Source of the DNA: Planctomycetota bacterium
GTDB lineage: Bacteria > Planctomycetota > GCA-002687715 > CAIWVZ01
DNA: 64,000 nucleotides
Reading direction: 5' to 3'
Assembly: GCA_044222185.1 (NCBI GenBank)
Contig: JBGANV010000003.1
Span: 832,727 to 896,726, forward strand
Shown here: in pieces, positions 1 to 10,493 of the stretch
How the letters are laid out: each line of letters begins with the position of its first letter
Position numbering within the stretch: position 1 is the first letter of the stretch
Position numbers and translations under genes: made by a program
The notes under the pieces: model-generated
Told to the model about the DNA's origin: nothing
The model's input: the letters and a program-made list of their open reading frames with translations, nothing else
Databases searched by the model: none

Positions 1-1386
1 CTCGCGTCCCAAGCCGGAGGCCTTCGTGCCGCCGTACGGCATGGAATCGACGCGCAACGTGGTCGCTTCGTCGACGATGAGCGCGCCAACGTCCAGGTCG
101 CGGAACAGCTGGCGGATGACGGTCGCATCGCGCGTGAACACGCTCGCCTGGAGACCGTATCGAGACCTGTTGATGCGACCGACGGCCGCGCCCAGAGCGT
201 CGTAGGTGTCGAGGGTCACCGCGGGGCCGAAAACTTCCTCGCATCCAAGCTTCGCACCGTCCGTGACGCCCTCGATCACCGTGGGCTCGATGACGCGTCC
301 GTTGCGCCCCCCGCCCGCCAGGAGGTTCGCGCCCTGGGCGCGCGCCTCGGAGATCCACGACTCGATGCGGTCTGCGTCGCGGTCGCGAAGCACTGGTCCC
401 ATCACGACGCCGAGCTGGCGCGGGTCGCCAGGCACGATGCGCGCCGTCGCCGCGAGGAATGCCTCGCGGAATCGGTCGGCGATCGACCGATCCACGAGAA
501 TGTGCTGGACCTTGATGCACACCTGACCGGCGTAGGCGAAGGCACCGAACGCGCAACGATCCGCGGCGCGCTGGACGTCCGCGTCCGCGTGGACGATCGT
601 CGTTGCGTCACCACCGAGTTCGAGCGCGACGGGCTTGCCGTGCGCCGCATCGCGCAGCGCCCACCCCACGGCGGCCGAGCCCGTGAACGACAGGACGCGC
701 ATGCGTGGGTCGGAGACGAGCGGCGCGGCGAACAGGTCGGCCTCCAGTGCCAACACCTGCAATCCAGGTTGAGGCCACCCTGCCGAGTGGATGATCCGAG
801 CCAGCTCCAATGCCGTGAGCGGTGCTGCGGGCGCTGGCTTGAGGATCACGGGACAACCCGCTGCAAGCGCCGGTGCGACTTTGTGTGCCACGAGGTTCAG
901 CGGGAAGTTGAACGGCGTGATCGCCGTCACGGGCCCAAGGGGCACGCGACGCACCAGGGCTTCGCGATTCTCGAGCCCCGGTCGCACGTCGAGTGGCACA
1001 ATTTCGCCGTGATTCGTGGCCGCGACGTGCGCCGCATCCTTGAAGGTCGCGATGGCGCGGTCCACTTCGATGCGCGCGAGATCGACGGGCTTGGCGACTT
1101 CCTCCACGATGAGCTGCGAAAGCAGGTCGCGCCGCGCCGCGATGCCGTCGGCAATCGCCCACAGGATCTCCGCGCGGTGCCCCGTCGTGATCTGCGAGCA
1201 GGCTCGTCGCGCACCTTCGGCAGCGACGATGGCCCGCTCGACCTCTGCCGCACCACCCAACGCAACCCGACCAAGCGGCCGGCCGTCGCAGGCCGACACG
1301 TGGTCGAGCCAGTTGCCGGTAGTGACTTCCGCGCCAGCGATCAGGAGCGCGTGGTCCGCACCGCCACCGTCATTTCGAAGCGGCAT
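1..1386 (-). CDS. NAD(P)-dependent aldehyde dehydrogenase (3' end runs off the window)
   Basis: Not in the ORF track because the stop lies outside the window. Manual minus-strand translation: MPLRNDGGGADHALLIAGAEV..., ELGG, AFAYAGQVC (catalytic Cys), YGLQASVFT, MPYGGTKASGLGRE. ATG at 1386 with AAGGGA upstream. Confidence 0.93.
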   Translation of the reverse strand, partial: MPLRNDGGGADHALLIAGAEVTTGNWLDHVSACDGRPLGRVALGGAAEVERAIVAAEGARRACSQITTGHRAEILWAIADGIAARRDLLSQLIVEEVAKPVDLARIEVDRAIATFKDAAHVAATNHGEIVPLDVRPGLENREALVRRVPLGPVTAITPFNFPLNLVAHKVAPALAAGCPVILKPAPAAPLTALELARIIHSAGWPQPGLQVLALEADLFAAPLVSDPRMRVLSFTGSAAVGWALRDAAHGKPVALELGGDATTIVHADADVQRAADRCAFGAFAYAGQVCIKVQHILVDRSIADRFREAFLAATARIVPGDPRQLGVVMGPVLRDRDADRIESWISEARAQGANLLAGGGRNGRVIEPTVIEGVTDGAKLGCEEVFGPAVTLDTYDALGAAVGRINRSRYGLQASVFTRDATVIRQLFRDLDVGALIVDEATTLRVDSMPYGGTKASGLGRE

Positions 1387-4156
1387 ATCCCTTGTATCCA
1401 TCGGCGAGAAGCGGCAGCCACTTCTCGACACTGGCGTTCTCCCAGCCCCACGTGGAAAGGAGACTCTCCTTCGCGGGGTCGACGACGAGGTACTGCGGCA
1501 TCCCCACTCCTAGTCCGAACTTCTTGAGCAGCGCGTTGTTCGCCGCGCGTCGTGCAGGGTCGATCTTCGCCGCATCTCCATCGAGGTGCAGCTCCGTCAT
1601 GACGAACTTGTTCAAGGCCGCACGGACCTCGGGCCGACTGCTGCCGAAGACTGACGCTTCGACGGCGCGGCAGTTGGGTCACGAGAAGCCCGTGAAGTCG
1701 ATGAAGAGGGGCATCTGGAGCCTTCGAGCCTCCGCCAGCGCGCCGTCGTAGTCATCCACGAAACGCGCGGAGTGTCCCACGCGGCCGCTCGACACCTTGC
1801 CGATCACAGGCTTGCCGCCGCCGAGGCGCTCCTCGATGGCGTGCACGATACGCTCGTCGCGTTCGACGGCGTTCAAATGCTTCTCCACCGGCGGTAGCCA
1901 CGAGTCGATGAAGGCGCCGAGCGGTTGACCACTCAGCCCGGTGAACAGGTAGACGCTGACCCAGAACATCACGATCGCGAGCAGGAGGGCGACGACCCCC
2001 ACTCGCTCCTTGGGCGCATCGTGCGGCAGCCGGATCTTGCCGAGCAGGTAGACGCCGGCAAGGGCGAAGAGGACGATCCACGCCGAGAGGCAGACGTTAC
2101 GCGTCAGAACGTCCCAACCCCGAAGCAGGTCCGTCGTCGACAGGAATTTGAACGCAGCGGCGAACTCGACGAAGCCCATGACGACCTTCGTCTCGTTGAG
2201 CCACCCACCCGCCCGCGGGAGCTTCTTGACGTAGCTCGGGAACATCGAGAGGAAGAGGAACGGCAACGCCAGCACGCTGCCGAAGACAACCATGCCGAGC
2301 ACCGGCCTCAGCCAATGGCCGGACCCGGCCGCGCCGGCGAGCAACGTGCCCACGAACGGCGCGGTGCAGGTGAACGTCGTCACGGCGAAGAGGAGGCCCA
2401 TCAACAAGACGCCGATGGGGCCGCCCTTCCCCTGGGCGGAACCGACGAGATTCAACAGCGCGGGCGGCAATTGCAACTCGAACATGCCGAACAGCGAAAG
2501 CGAGAAGAAGATGAAGAGCACCCCGATGAACAGGTTCGTCAGCCAGTGCTGCGCGAAGGTGTTGGCGCCGTCGGCTCCAAGGAACGCCGTGAACAGCGCG
2601 CCGATCAGCGTGAACGACGCGACGATGCCGAAGCAGTAGAGCAGGCTCATCATGACGGGCCGGCTGTTGCCGCCCTCGGCCTGCTTGGTGAAGAACGAGA
2701 CCGTCACGGGAATCATGGGAAACACGCACGGCGTCAAGAGCGAGGCGGCCGCGGTCACCATGGCGATGATGATGAAGGTCAGGAGCGCCGTGCTCACGCT
2801 GAATTCACCGGCGAATGGCGCGCGCACGTCACCCAGCTGGACCGATCCCTTGAACGCGAATGTTCCGTCGACGGTTTCGGCTGCGAGCTTCACCGGCAGA
2901 GACACCACGACGCCCGCGGCGTCGTCGATGACGGCCGCCTGTCCGGCGACGAACAACCCGGCCGCCGTGAGGCTCACGTCCGCGGACGTGCCGGGAGCGA
3001 CGTGCAAGCCGGGGAAACGGATCATCATCACGCCCGTCTTGCTCGCTTCGAGCTTCGGCGGATCGAAGGTGACCGTGCCGACGGGAACCGCCGCCGCGCG
3101 CGTGTCGGACCTGGGCGCTGGCGCCTTGCCGTCGTCGCTGGGCTTCTTCGGAGGATCGCCCTTCGTTCCCTCGACCGGCGGGGCCGCGTCGCCGCGGACG
3201 TCGACCGAGAACTCGAACTCGGCCTTCGACGGAGGAAGGCAGCCCTGCATGGTGCAGGTCTGGTAGTCGATCGCGAAGTGGACGATGCGCCGGCCGGCTG
3301 GACCGCTCACGGTGACGGGAACGGAGAAGCTCACGGTCTTCTCCCAATAGGCGAACTTCTCGTGCTCCGTCTCGAACGGCTTGGCGGGACGATCGGGCAC
3401 GGGCTTGCCGCTGACGGCGACGAGCTTCTCGTCGGCGCCGGTGCCGGCGGCCGAGAAAGACGTCGGTGTCTCGAACTGGCCCACCTGCTCCGTGCTGTAG
3501 ATGTGGTAGGGCGCCGTCATCTCCACGTCGACCTTCACGTCGAACTTCTCGCCGGACACCACGGCCTTGGGGTGGATGATCCTCGTGACCTGGAAGGGGT
3601 CCGTCGCCTCGAACTCCCCGAGTCGCTTGGGCGGCTTCAGCGTGACGACGTCGCCCTGCGGTGCGCCCGACGGCGGAACGACCCCGGGCTTGGATTCGGC
3701 GTCGCCCTTCGTCGCGGGAAGCGCGACCTTGAACGGCACCTCACCGCCGGGGAGACAGGAGTTTTCGTCGCAAGCCGTCACGGACAGGTGCCCCTTGACC
3801 TCGGTTCCGGGCTTTCCTGTCGACGTCAGCGTGGCGGTGAAGGTGACCTCGCCCTCGTGGTAGTCGTACTCCTCGACGTAGCCGCCCTCGAACTCCTTCC
3901 TGTGATGCTTCGGAACGGGCTCGGAGGGAGTGCCCTTGAGGGCGCGCGGGCCGTCGTCCAGCGCGATGTTCGTCGTGTTCCCCTCGCCGCCCTTCAGGGA
4001 GTAGATGTGGTACCCCGCTTCGACGGCGACGGTGATGACGAGGCTCTCCCGCTCGATCGCCACGCGCTTCAGCTCGACCTTCGAGGACGAATCTGATTGG
4101 GCGAACGACGCCGCGACGAGCACCGCGGCGAAGAGGGGCGTCAACGATCGTGGCAT
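1370..4156 (-). CDS. dsbD: DsbD-type thiol:disulfide interchange protein (signal peptide, two DsbD-alpha domains, TM domain, thioredoxin domain) with in-frame UGA at 1681-1679; probable selenoprotein
   Basis: ORFs 1679..4156 and 1370..1615 are in the same frame; reading through gives IDFTGFS-UGA-PNCRAVE...LNKFVMTELHLD. TM motifs TPCVFPMIP and TCTAP; N-terminal ACDENSC and TCTMQGC. Confidence 0.88.
1637..1674 (-). promoter_or_regulatory. Candidate bacterial SECIS hairpin just 3' of the dsbD UGA
   Basis: mRNA: UGA cccaACUGC cgcgcc GUCGAAG cgucagu CUUCGGC a GCAGU; 7-bp upper stem, 5-bp lower stem, loop G about 24 nt after the UGA. Confidence 0.55.
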
Positions 4157-4380
4157 GCTTGATTCCTTGATGGGCTCCGTCGACCCGACCTTGGAGTCGG
4201 GTTTCTCGGGAAGGTTTCAGCCGGCATGAGGCCGGACACCCTACCAAGGGCAACGTGCGGCGGGGCCGCAGCATTCCCCCGAGCGGGGGGATCGGGGTCG
4301 GGCGGGCAAATCCACACGGGTGCCCCCCAATGCGGACGTCAGCAGATCGGACGAACGGAGAGCCGTTACACTCCCCCGCC

Positions 4381-5028
4381 ATGCCCGGACCGTCCATCAT
4401 CTGCGAGACCTTCGCCGTCGGCCCCCTCCAGTGCAACTGCACGATCCTCGGCGATCCGGCCACGAGATCCGCCATCGTGGTCGACCCTGGGGACGACGCT
4501 GACGTGATCGTGGGACGACTGAAGGCGTTGGGCCTCGAGGCCAGGGCCCTCATCCACACCCACGCACACTTCGATCACGTGGGAGGAACGCGGTCAGTCT
4601 GCGAGCAGACCGGCGCGGGCATCCACCTCCACGAGAAGGACCTGTTCCTCTACGAACGCCTCGACATGCAGGGCGCGATGTTCGGCATGTCTTTCGATCC
4701 CGTGCTGCCGGTGGACCGTTTCGTGAAGCACGGCGACATCATCGGGCCGTCCGGCATCGAAGTGGAAGTGCTCCACACGCCGGGACACACGCCGGGCTCG
4801 ATCTGCTTCCGCTTCGGCGGGTCCGATCCCGTGCTGTTCAGCGGCGACACGTTGTTCCAGGGCAGCATCGGTCGCACGGACCTGTGGGGCGGCGATTACC
4901 CGACGATCACCCGCTCGATCCAGCGCGTCCTCTACGCGCTTCCGCCGCAGACCCGCGTGATCCCGGGGCACGGCCCCGAAACGACGATCGGTGAAGAGAT
5001 GCGGTCGAACGCGTTCGTCCGCGCCTGA
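4381..5028 (+). CDS. MBL-fold metallo-hydrolase (glyoxalase II/YcbL-like)
   Basis: THAHFDHVGG, TPGHTPG, FSGDTLF, PGHG motifs. Confidence 0.92.
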   Translation: MPGPSIICETFAVGPLQCNCTILGDPATRSAIVVDPGDDADVIVGRLKALGLEARALIHTHAHFDHVGGTRSVCEQTGAGIHLHEKDLFLYERLDMQGAMFGMSFDPVLPVDRFVKHGDIIGPSGIEVEVLHTPGHTPGSICFRFGGSDPVLFSGDTLFQGSIGRTDLWGGDYPTITRSIQRVLYALPPQTRVIPGHGPETTIGEEMRSNAFVRA

Positions 5029-5177
5029 TCGTCCGCTCAGCAGCGGGCCGCCGGATTCGTGGCAACGGCCTCCCGCACCGCGATCGGTCCACATAGAATC
5101 CCGCGACCTTTCGAGGGAAAGAAGAAGGCGCGTGGCCACAGATGGGTCCCGCGCATCGGATTCGTTGGAGACTCAGC

Positions 5178-7127
5178 ATGCCGTCGCCCGCCGACCTGCG
5201 CCTGGACCCGACCGGCCGTTCCCTTGGTGCCGACAAGAAGGCGGCGCTCGATGCCGCGTGGCACGAGTGTGTGGAGACGATCCTCCTCAGCACCACGCTC
5301 GCGCAATCGGGCCACCCCGGCGGCTCGCTCTCGCTCATCAACATCCTCCTGACTGTTTATGGCGTCGCGAAGGTTCGTCCCGAGTCGATCCACGACGAGT
5401 CGCGTGACGCGATCTTCGTGAGCAACGGCCACATCTCGCCCGGCGTCTACTCGGCGCTCGCAGCCCATGGATTCGTGACCCACGAGCAGATCCGCGTCGG
5501 ATTCCGCCGCGCAGGCAGCGCGTTCGCGGGCCACGTGGAGACGAAGGTGCCGGGCGTCGAGTGGAACACGGGAAACCTGGGACAAGGCGCGTCGGCGGCG
5601 GTGGGTGCCGCACTGGCTCGCTCGCTGCGCAAGTCCGACGCGTGGTCCTACGTGATCATGGGCGACGGCGAGCAGCAGAAGGGGCAGATCTCGGAAGCCC
5701 GCCGGTTCGCGGTGAAGTACAAGCTCCACCGTGTCATCGCGATCATCGACCGCAACTTCCTCCAGATCGGCGGCAACACGGACGACGTGATGCCGCAGCA
5801 GGTCGATCAGGAATGGGCGGCCGCTGGCTGGAACGTCCTGAAGATCGACGGACACGACTGGGATCAGATCTACGGCGCGCTGACGACGATCCGCCGGGGC
5901 GAGGTCGCGAACCCCGCGGCTCCGACCGTGATCGTCGCCAAGACGACCATGGGCAAGGGCGTGCCGCTCATGGAGGGAAAGGCGCACTATCACGGCGCCG
6001 CGGCGAGTGACGACCAGTTGCGTGACGCGTTCAAGCACCTGGGACTCGCCGACTCGCTCGATCAATGGAAGGCGAAGCGCAAGGCCGCGGCGTTGTGGTC
6101 GGGCCTGGAAGAGACCTGGCCCAAGCTCCCGGGCCTGGAGGTCGGGCCCGCCGCGGTGCGTACCGCGCCGACCGATTGCCGCTCCGCCTATGGCGACGTA
6201 CTCGAGGACCTCGCCAAGAAGAACAACACGGGTCCCATCCCCAAGGTGCTCGCCGTCAGCAACGACCTGGAAGGCTCGTGCAAGATGAGCGGTTTCCGAA
6301 AGGCGTCGCCGGGCGCGTTCTTCGAGGGTGGCATCCAGGAGCACAACAACGCCGTCGTCGCCGGGCGCCTGGCCCGCGAGGGCTTCCTCACCTACTTCTC
6401 GACGTTCGGCGTGTTCGGCGTCTGCGAGACCTACAACCAGCAACGCCTGAACGACATCAACCTCGCTGGCGTGAAGATCGTCTGCACCCACCTGGGCCTG
6501 GACGTCGGCGAAGACGGTCCCACGCACCAGAACATCGACTACGTGGGGCTCCTGCGCGGGACGTTCGGCTTCGAGATCTACCTGCCAGTCGATCCCAACC
6601 AGACGGATCACGTCGTTCGCTACACGGCGCGGACGCCCGGCAACCAGTTCGTGGGGATGGGACGCTCCAAGCTCCCTCTCATCACGAAGGAGGACGGGTC
6701 GCCCTTCTACGACGCGTCCTACCGGTTCCGCCCGGGGACGATGGACGTCATCCGTACCGGCACCGAGGTCACCGTGATCGCCATGGGTACGGCCATGCAG
6801 TACGCGGCGGCCGGCGCGAAGATCGCTCGGGACCGCGGCCAGTCCGTGATGCTCATGGCGTCCGCATCCATCCGCCCGTTCGACGTGGAGGCGGTCCGCC
6901 GGGCGGCAGCCACCGGTCGCATCATCACCGTCGAGGACCACAGCGTACAGACGGGGCTCGGGGCGCTCGTCGCGGAGACCGTCGCGGACCTCGGCATGAA
7001 GTGCAAGCTGGTCCGCATGGGAGTCCACCGATACGGAACATCCGGCCCCTCGCCAGATGTTTTTGCGGAGCAAGGTATCTCGGCCGAGTTGGTGGCTGCG
7101 CAGATCGACCGACTGGTGAAGAGTTGA
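5178..7127 (+). CDS. tkt: Transketolase (single chain)
   Basis: GHPGGSLS, TPP-binding GDGE...DRN, GEDGPTHQ, VEDH; GGAG upstream of ATG 5178. Confidence 0.9.
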   Translation: MPSPADLRLDPTGRSLGADKKAALDAAWHECVETILLSTTLAQSGHPGGSLSLINILLTVYGVAKVRPESIHDESRDAIFVSNGHISPGVYSALAAHGFVTHEQIRVGFRRAGSAFAGHVETKVPGVEWNTGNLGQGASAAVGAALARSLRKSDAWSYVIMGDGEQQKGQISEARRFAVKYKLHRVIAIIDRNFLQIGGNTDDVMPQQVDQEWAAAGWNVLKIDGHDWDQIYGALTTIRRGEVANPAAPTVIVAKTTMGKGVPLMEGKAHYHGAAASDDQLRDAFKHLGLADSLDQWKAKRKAAALWSGLEETWPKLPGLEVGPAAVRTAPTDCRSAYGDVLEDLAKKNNTGPIPKVLAVSNDLEGSCKMSGFRKASPGAFFEGGIQEHNNAVVAGRLAREGFLTYFSTFGVFGVCETYNQQRLNDINLAGVKIVCTHLGLDVGEDGPTHQNIDYVGLLRGTFGFEIYLPVDPNQTDHVVRYTARTPGNQFVGMGRSKLPLITKEDGSPFYDASYRFRPGTMDVIRTGTEVTVIAMGTAMQYAAAGAKIARDRGQSVMLMASASIRPFDVEAVRRAAATGRIITVEDHSVQTGLGALVAETVADLGMKCKLVRMGVHRYGTSGPSPDVFAEQGISAELVAAQIDRLVKS

Positions 7128-7238
7128 GCGCGGACCTGCCAATGGGTCACGCCGCGTCCTTTTTTCTCACAAACCGTCGCCAGCGTCGTCTAAGGCGGTG
7201 AGCGATCCGAAACTGGACCCCTCACCGACGAGGCTCAA

Positions 7239-7580
7239 ATGGAACTGCTGGAACGTTACGAGCTGATCTTCTTCCAGGCGCTGAACGAACTGAATCCGCC
7301 GGCGCTGTCGGAGAGTGCGCCCGAGCTCGCCCGGCAGCACGGTGAGCTGGCGCCCCCCCTCGGTGACATCCTCTACCGCCTCGCCATCGAGCACGGCGTC
7401 CCCTACAACCAGTTCCGGCGTGACTCCATCGAGCTCCTGGTGCTCCAGAAGCCCGTCACGGCACCGGCCGGCAAGCGCGCGGCGAAGAAGTCGGCGCCCG
7501 AGTTCGCGGCAGCGGTCCAGAAGTACCACCCGTTGCTCCTGCTGGCGCTCGAGACGATGCCGCCGGACAGCGAGATCTGA
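7239..7580 (+). CDS. Hypothetical protein (113 aa, helical)
   Basis: ATG with GAGG upstream, protein-like composition, followed by a terminator-like hairpin. Confidence 0.7.
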   Translation: MELLERYELIFFQALNELNPPALSESAPELARQHGELAPPLGDILYRLAIEHGVPYNQFRRDSIELLVLQKPVTAPAGKRAAKKSAPEFAAAVQKYHPLLLLALETMPPDSEI

Positions 7581-7641
7581 CCGAACACATCTTGCGCGGG
7601 CTCACCGAAGCCACGCGCGATCCGGACGGACACCGGATCTT

Positions 7642-7681
7642 CTCCCCGAGACTCCACCGTGGTTCTCGGGGAGCCTTTGTT
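7642..7681 (+). terminator. Intrinsic terminator-like hairpin
   Basis: CTCCCCGAGA-N12-TCTCGGGGAG (10-bp stem) followed by CCTTTGTT, between convergent genes. Confidence 0.55.
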
Positions 7682-7796
7682 CCTGGCGCGTCGCGCAGGT
7701 CGGAGGGCCGGACCCGCGCAGCGCGCGCCACGGCGAGGGCGACCGATCGGCGTCGACCGTGCCACGACCGCCCCCCTGACGATCGGTCCCTGGCGG

Positions 7797-10493
7797 TCAG
7801 CTTCCGACGAGAACGTACAGCCCGCCCGTCGCGGCGACCCCCTGCGGCGCACCCGCGTCGAGCACGCCGATCTGGTGATAGATCGAAAGCCCGGCGAGGC
7901 CGAGCGGGAGGGTCCAAGGCAGGGTCCACGTTCCTGCGCCGGGTGCACCCGGCGCGCCGGACGTCGTGAAGTCGACGGCGAACGTGGGCTCGACGAGGAG
8001 CGAACCACCGAAGAGCGGCACGTTCGCCGGAGCCCCGCCGATCACGAACACGGCTGCGGCGCCGCCCAACGCGTTCGTCAAACGGATCTCGCCGGAGAGC
8101 CCCTGGCGGAACGGTCCCACGTCGCCGATCACCGGGACGAACCCGCCGGAGCCTGCGACACCTGCTCCGTACTGCAACCGCGTCCCACCCGTTGGCGGCT
8201 CGATGCGCGTCGCACGCCACACCGATCCCCCCGTGAGATCCTCGTCGCCGTCACCGTCGACGTCGACCACGGCCATTGGCTCGACGACGAGGTTGACCGG
8301 GTCGACGACGTAATTGAACCCCGGTGCCGACTTGCGAAGCAGGACCGCCTGGCTCCGCACGGATGCCATCAAGTCCAACTGGCCGTCGCCGTCGGCATCG
8401 ACCCGCACGAGCCGCCCGGCGGACTCCACCTGGATCGGCCCCAGTGACAGCGTCGATGCGGAGAAGACGGCGCCGCTCCCGTCGTTCCGCCGCACGCGCA
8501 GCTCCGCCGGGAGGTTCAGCCCCTGCTGGACGAAGGCCACGTCGACGTCGCCGTCGTCGTCCAGATCACCCACCACCTCGCGCATCGTTCCGAACGAGTA
8601 TCCCGTGGCAACGACGACGCCGGGCTGCGCATCGTAAGTGAGTGCGCCGTGCGCCCGCGAGATCACGAGCTGCGGTGGGCCCTGGTTCGGAAAGAGGTCG
8701 TTCTGCCCGAGGATGTCCAGGTCGCCATCACCGTCGAAGTCCGCGACGGCCCGAGCACGGAACTGCGGGATCACCTGCGCACGCGTGAACGAGCCGCCGA
8801 CGTTGCGCCAGACGTCGGCCTCCATCACGCCGAACTCGTCCGGCGACATGATGACGTCCAGATCCCCGTCCCCGTCCAGGTCCGCGACCAGGGCGTCGGT
8901 CTGCCGTGGACCGCTGCTCGACCCGCCCATCTTCCCGAGGGAGTCGGCGGCCGGAGTGGCCGGCCCTCCATCGACGAGTCCGCCTCCACCGACGTTCAGG
9001 AGCCGTCGCATGCCGACGAGAGAAAACGGCGTGCGAACTTCCAGCAAGAGGTCGCGATCGCCATCGCCATCGACGTCCAGGCTGATGCCCGGACCAAACC
9101 ACGTCGTGCCTGCCGGTGGTGGCGGCACCGCGAGGCTCGTCGTCGAGAACGTGCCATCACCGGAATTGGTGAAGCACCCCTGCCCGATTCCCGGATCGCC
9201 GATCCCGAACTGGACGTCGGGATCGCCGTCACGGTCGAAGTCACCGAAGGCACGCGCCGAAGGCGGCACCGCGGATTCCCCTCGACCGAAGCGCGGCATG
9301 GACGTCGGGCTCAGCGGACCACGCGCGTAGTAGACGGCGCGCCCGGAGACGAGGTCCAGGTCGCCGTCGTGATCCAGGTCCGCAACCCCTGCCAGATGGG
9401 ATGCGCCCACGCCCGGCATCAGCACGGCCGCACCCAGAACACCGCCAGTGTTGAACGAGATGCGGAACGTGGCGGTCGCCGTGTTGCGAACGGGATTCCC
9501 ACCGCCGCTCCCGCAGCAGGCGCCGTCGAGGTCTCCGTCTCCATCGACGTCGACGAGCCGGTCCGCGGGTCCACCAGGTCGCGATGGCTCCACGGCGAAC
9601 GTCGCCGGGCCCGTTCGTCGCAGGACGCGATACGTCCCCGTCGGCGCCCACCCGCCGATTCCCGGATCGAACATCACGAGGTCCACGTCGCCATCACCGT
9701 CGAGGTCGCCAGCGGTGGTCATCGCACCAGCGCTCGAGAAGCCAGTCACGGTGCTCGTCGCCGCAGTCGTCAGCCCGGCACCAACCCATGGGATCCGCCA
9801 CACCGTCGCCGCGATGGGGTTCACGGCGAAGTTCACGCGAACGACCACGAGGTCGACGAGTCCGTCGCCGTCGATCTCGGCATCGATCATCGACCAGTGA
9901 TCGAGCGAACTCGGGCTGCCGACCGGGAACGGGCTGAACGAGTACGTACCGGCGAGCTGGGGCGCGCCGCCCGGGATGCCGTGGTAGACGAACAGCCCGT
10001 TGCTCGTCAGCAATGCGAGGTCGCTGATTCCGTCCGAGTCCCAATCGAACACGCGCGCGCTTCGGACGCTACCCGGCGGCGTGAAGTTCCATCCCTGTAC
10101 GAGCGGTGCTCCCGTCGGCTGCGCGAAGAAGCCCACGACCATGTTCCAGAGCACGAACACGAGGTCGTCGCGTGAGTCACCGTCGAGGCGCGCGCGAAAC
10201 GTGTCGGCGAACTCCGCGTCGGGCGTTCCGAACGTCGGAACCGGGATGTTCTGCGTAGGAACGAGTCGTCCCGTCTGGTCGTTGCGCCACAGATCCACGG
10301 ACCAGCCCACGTAGCCGAACGCCCCCGCGGCGTCCATGAAGCCGTCGCCGTCGACATCGAGCAGCGCCTCCATCCGCGCCGTGTCCGGAAAGACCAGTTG
10401 GCAGGCATTGAAGCGGCACACGGACTCCTGCGCGCGGGCCGAGTGAACCGTCGCAACCATGAGCATGGCGATGCACAAAACCGTCGATCGCAT
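7797..10493 (-). CDS. Secreted FG-GAP/VCBS-repeat (Ca-binding beta-propeller) protein with shared C-terminal domain
   Basis: Signal peptide MRSTVLCIAML...ARA; more than 10 DxDGDGxxD repeats; AGGAG SD. Confidence 0.88.
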   Translation of the reverse strand: MRSTVLCIAMLMVATVHSARAQESVCRFNACQLVFPDTARMEALLDVDGDGFMDAAGAFGYVGWSVDLWRNDQTGRLVPTQNIPVPTFGTPDAEFADTFRARLDGDSRDDLVFVLWNMVVGFFAQPTGAPLVQGWNFTPPGSVRSARVFDWDSDGISDLALLTSNGLFVYHGIPGGAPQLAGTYSFSPFPVGSPSSLDHWSMIDAEIDGDGLVDLVVVRVNFAVNPIAATVWRIPWVGAGLTTAATSTVTGFSSAGAMTTAGDLDGDGDVDLVMFDPGIGGWAPTGTYRVLRRTGPATFAVEPSRPGGPADRLVDVDGDGDLDGACCGSGGGNPVRNTATATFRISFNTGGVLGAAVLMPGVGASHLAGVADLDHDGDLDLVSGRAVYYARGPLSPTSMPRFGRGESAVPPSARAFGDFDRDGDPDVQFGIGDPGIGQGCFTNSGDGTFSTTSLAVPPPPAGTTWFGPGISLDVDGDGDRDLLLEVRTPFSLVGMRRLLNVGGGGLVDGGPATPAADSLGKMGGSSSGPRQTDALVADLDGDGDLDVIMSPDEFGVMEADVWRNVGGSFTRAQVIPQFRARAVADFDGDGDLDILGQNDLFPNQGPPQLVISRAHGALTYDAQPGVVVATGYSFGTMREVVGDLDDDGDVDVAFVQQGLNLPAELRVRRNDGSGAVFSASTLSLGPIQVESAGRLVRVDADGDGQLDLMASVRSQAVLLRKSAPGFNYVVDPVNLVVEPMAVVDVDGDGDEDLTGGSVWRATRIEPPTGGTRLQYGAGVAGSGGFVPVIGDVGPFRQGLSGEIRLTNALGGAAAVFVIGGAPANVPLFGGSLLVEPTFAVDFTTSGAPGAPGAGTWTLPWTLPLGLAGLSIYHQIGVLDAGAPQGVAATGGLYVLVGS

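Noticed and set aside
1370-1615. Separate 81-aa thioredoxin-fragment gene, or dsbD pseudogene
   Set aside because: It is in frame with dsbD across a single UGA at the catalytic position; read-through explains it better.
4381-5028. Metallo-beta-lactamase resistance gene
   Set aside because: No signal peptide; motifs match cytoplasmic glyoxalase II-like hydrolases.
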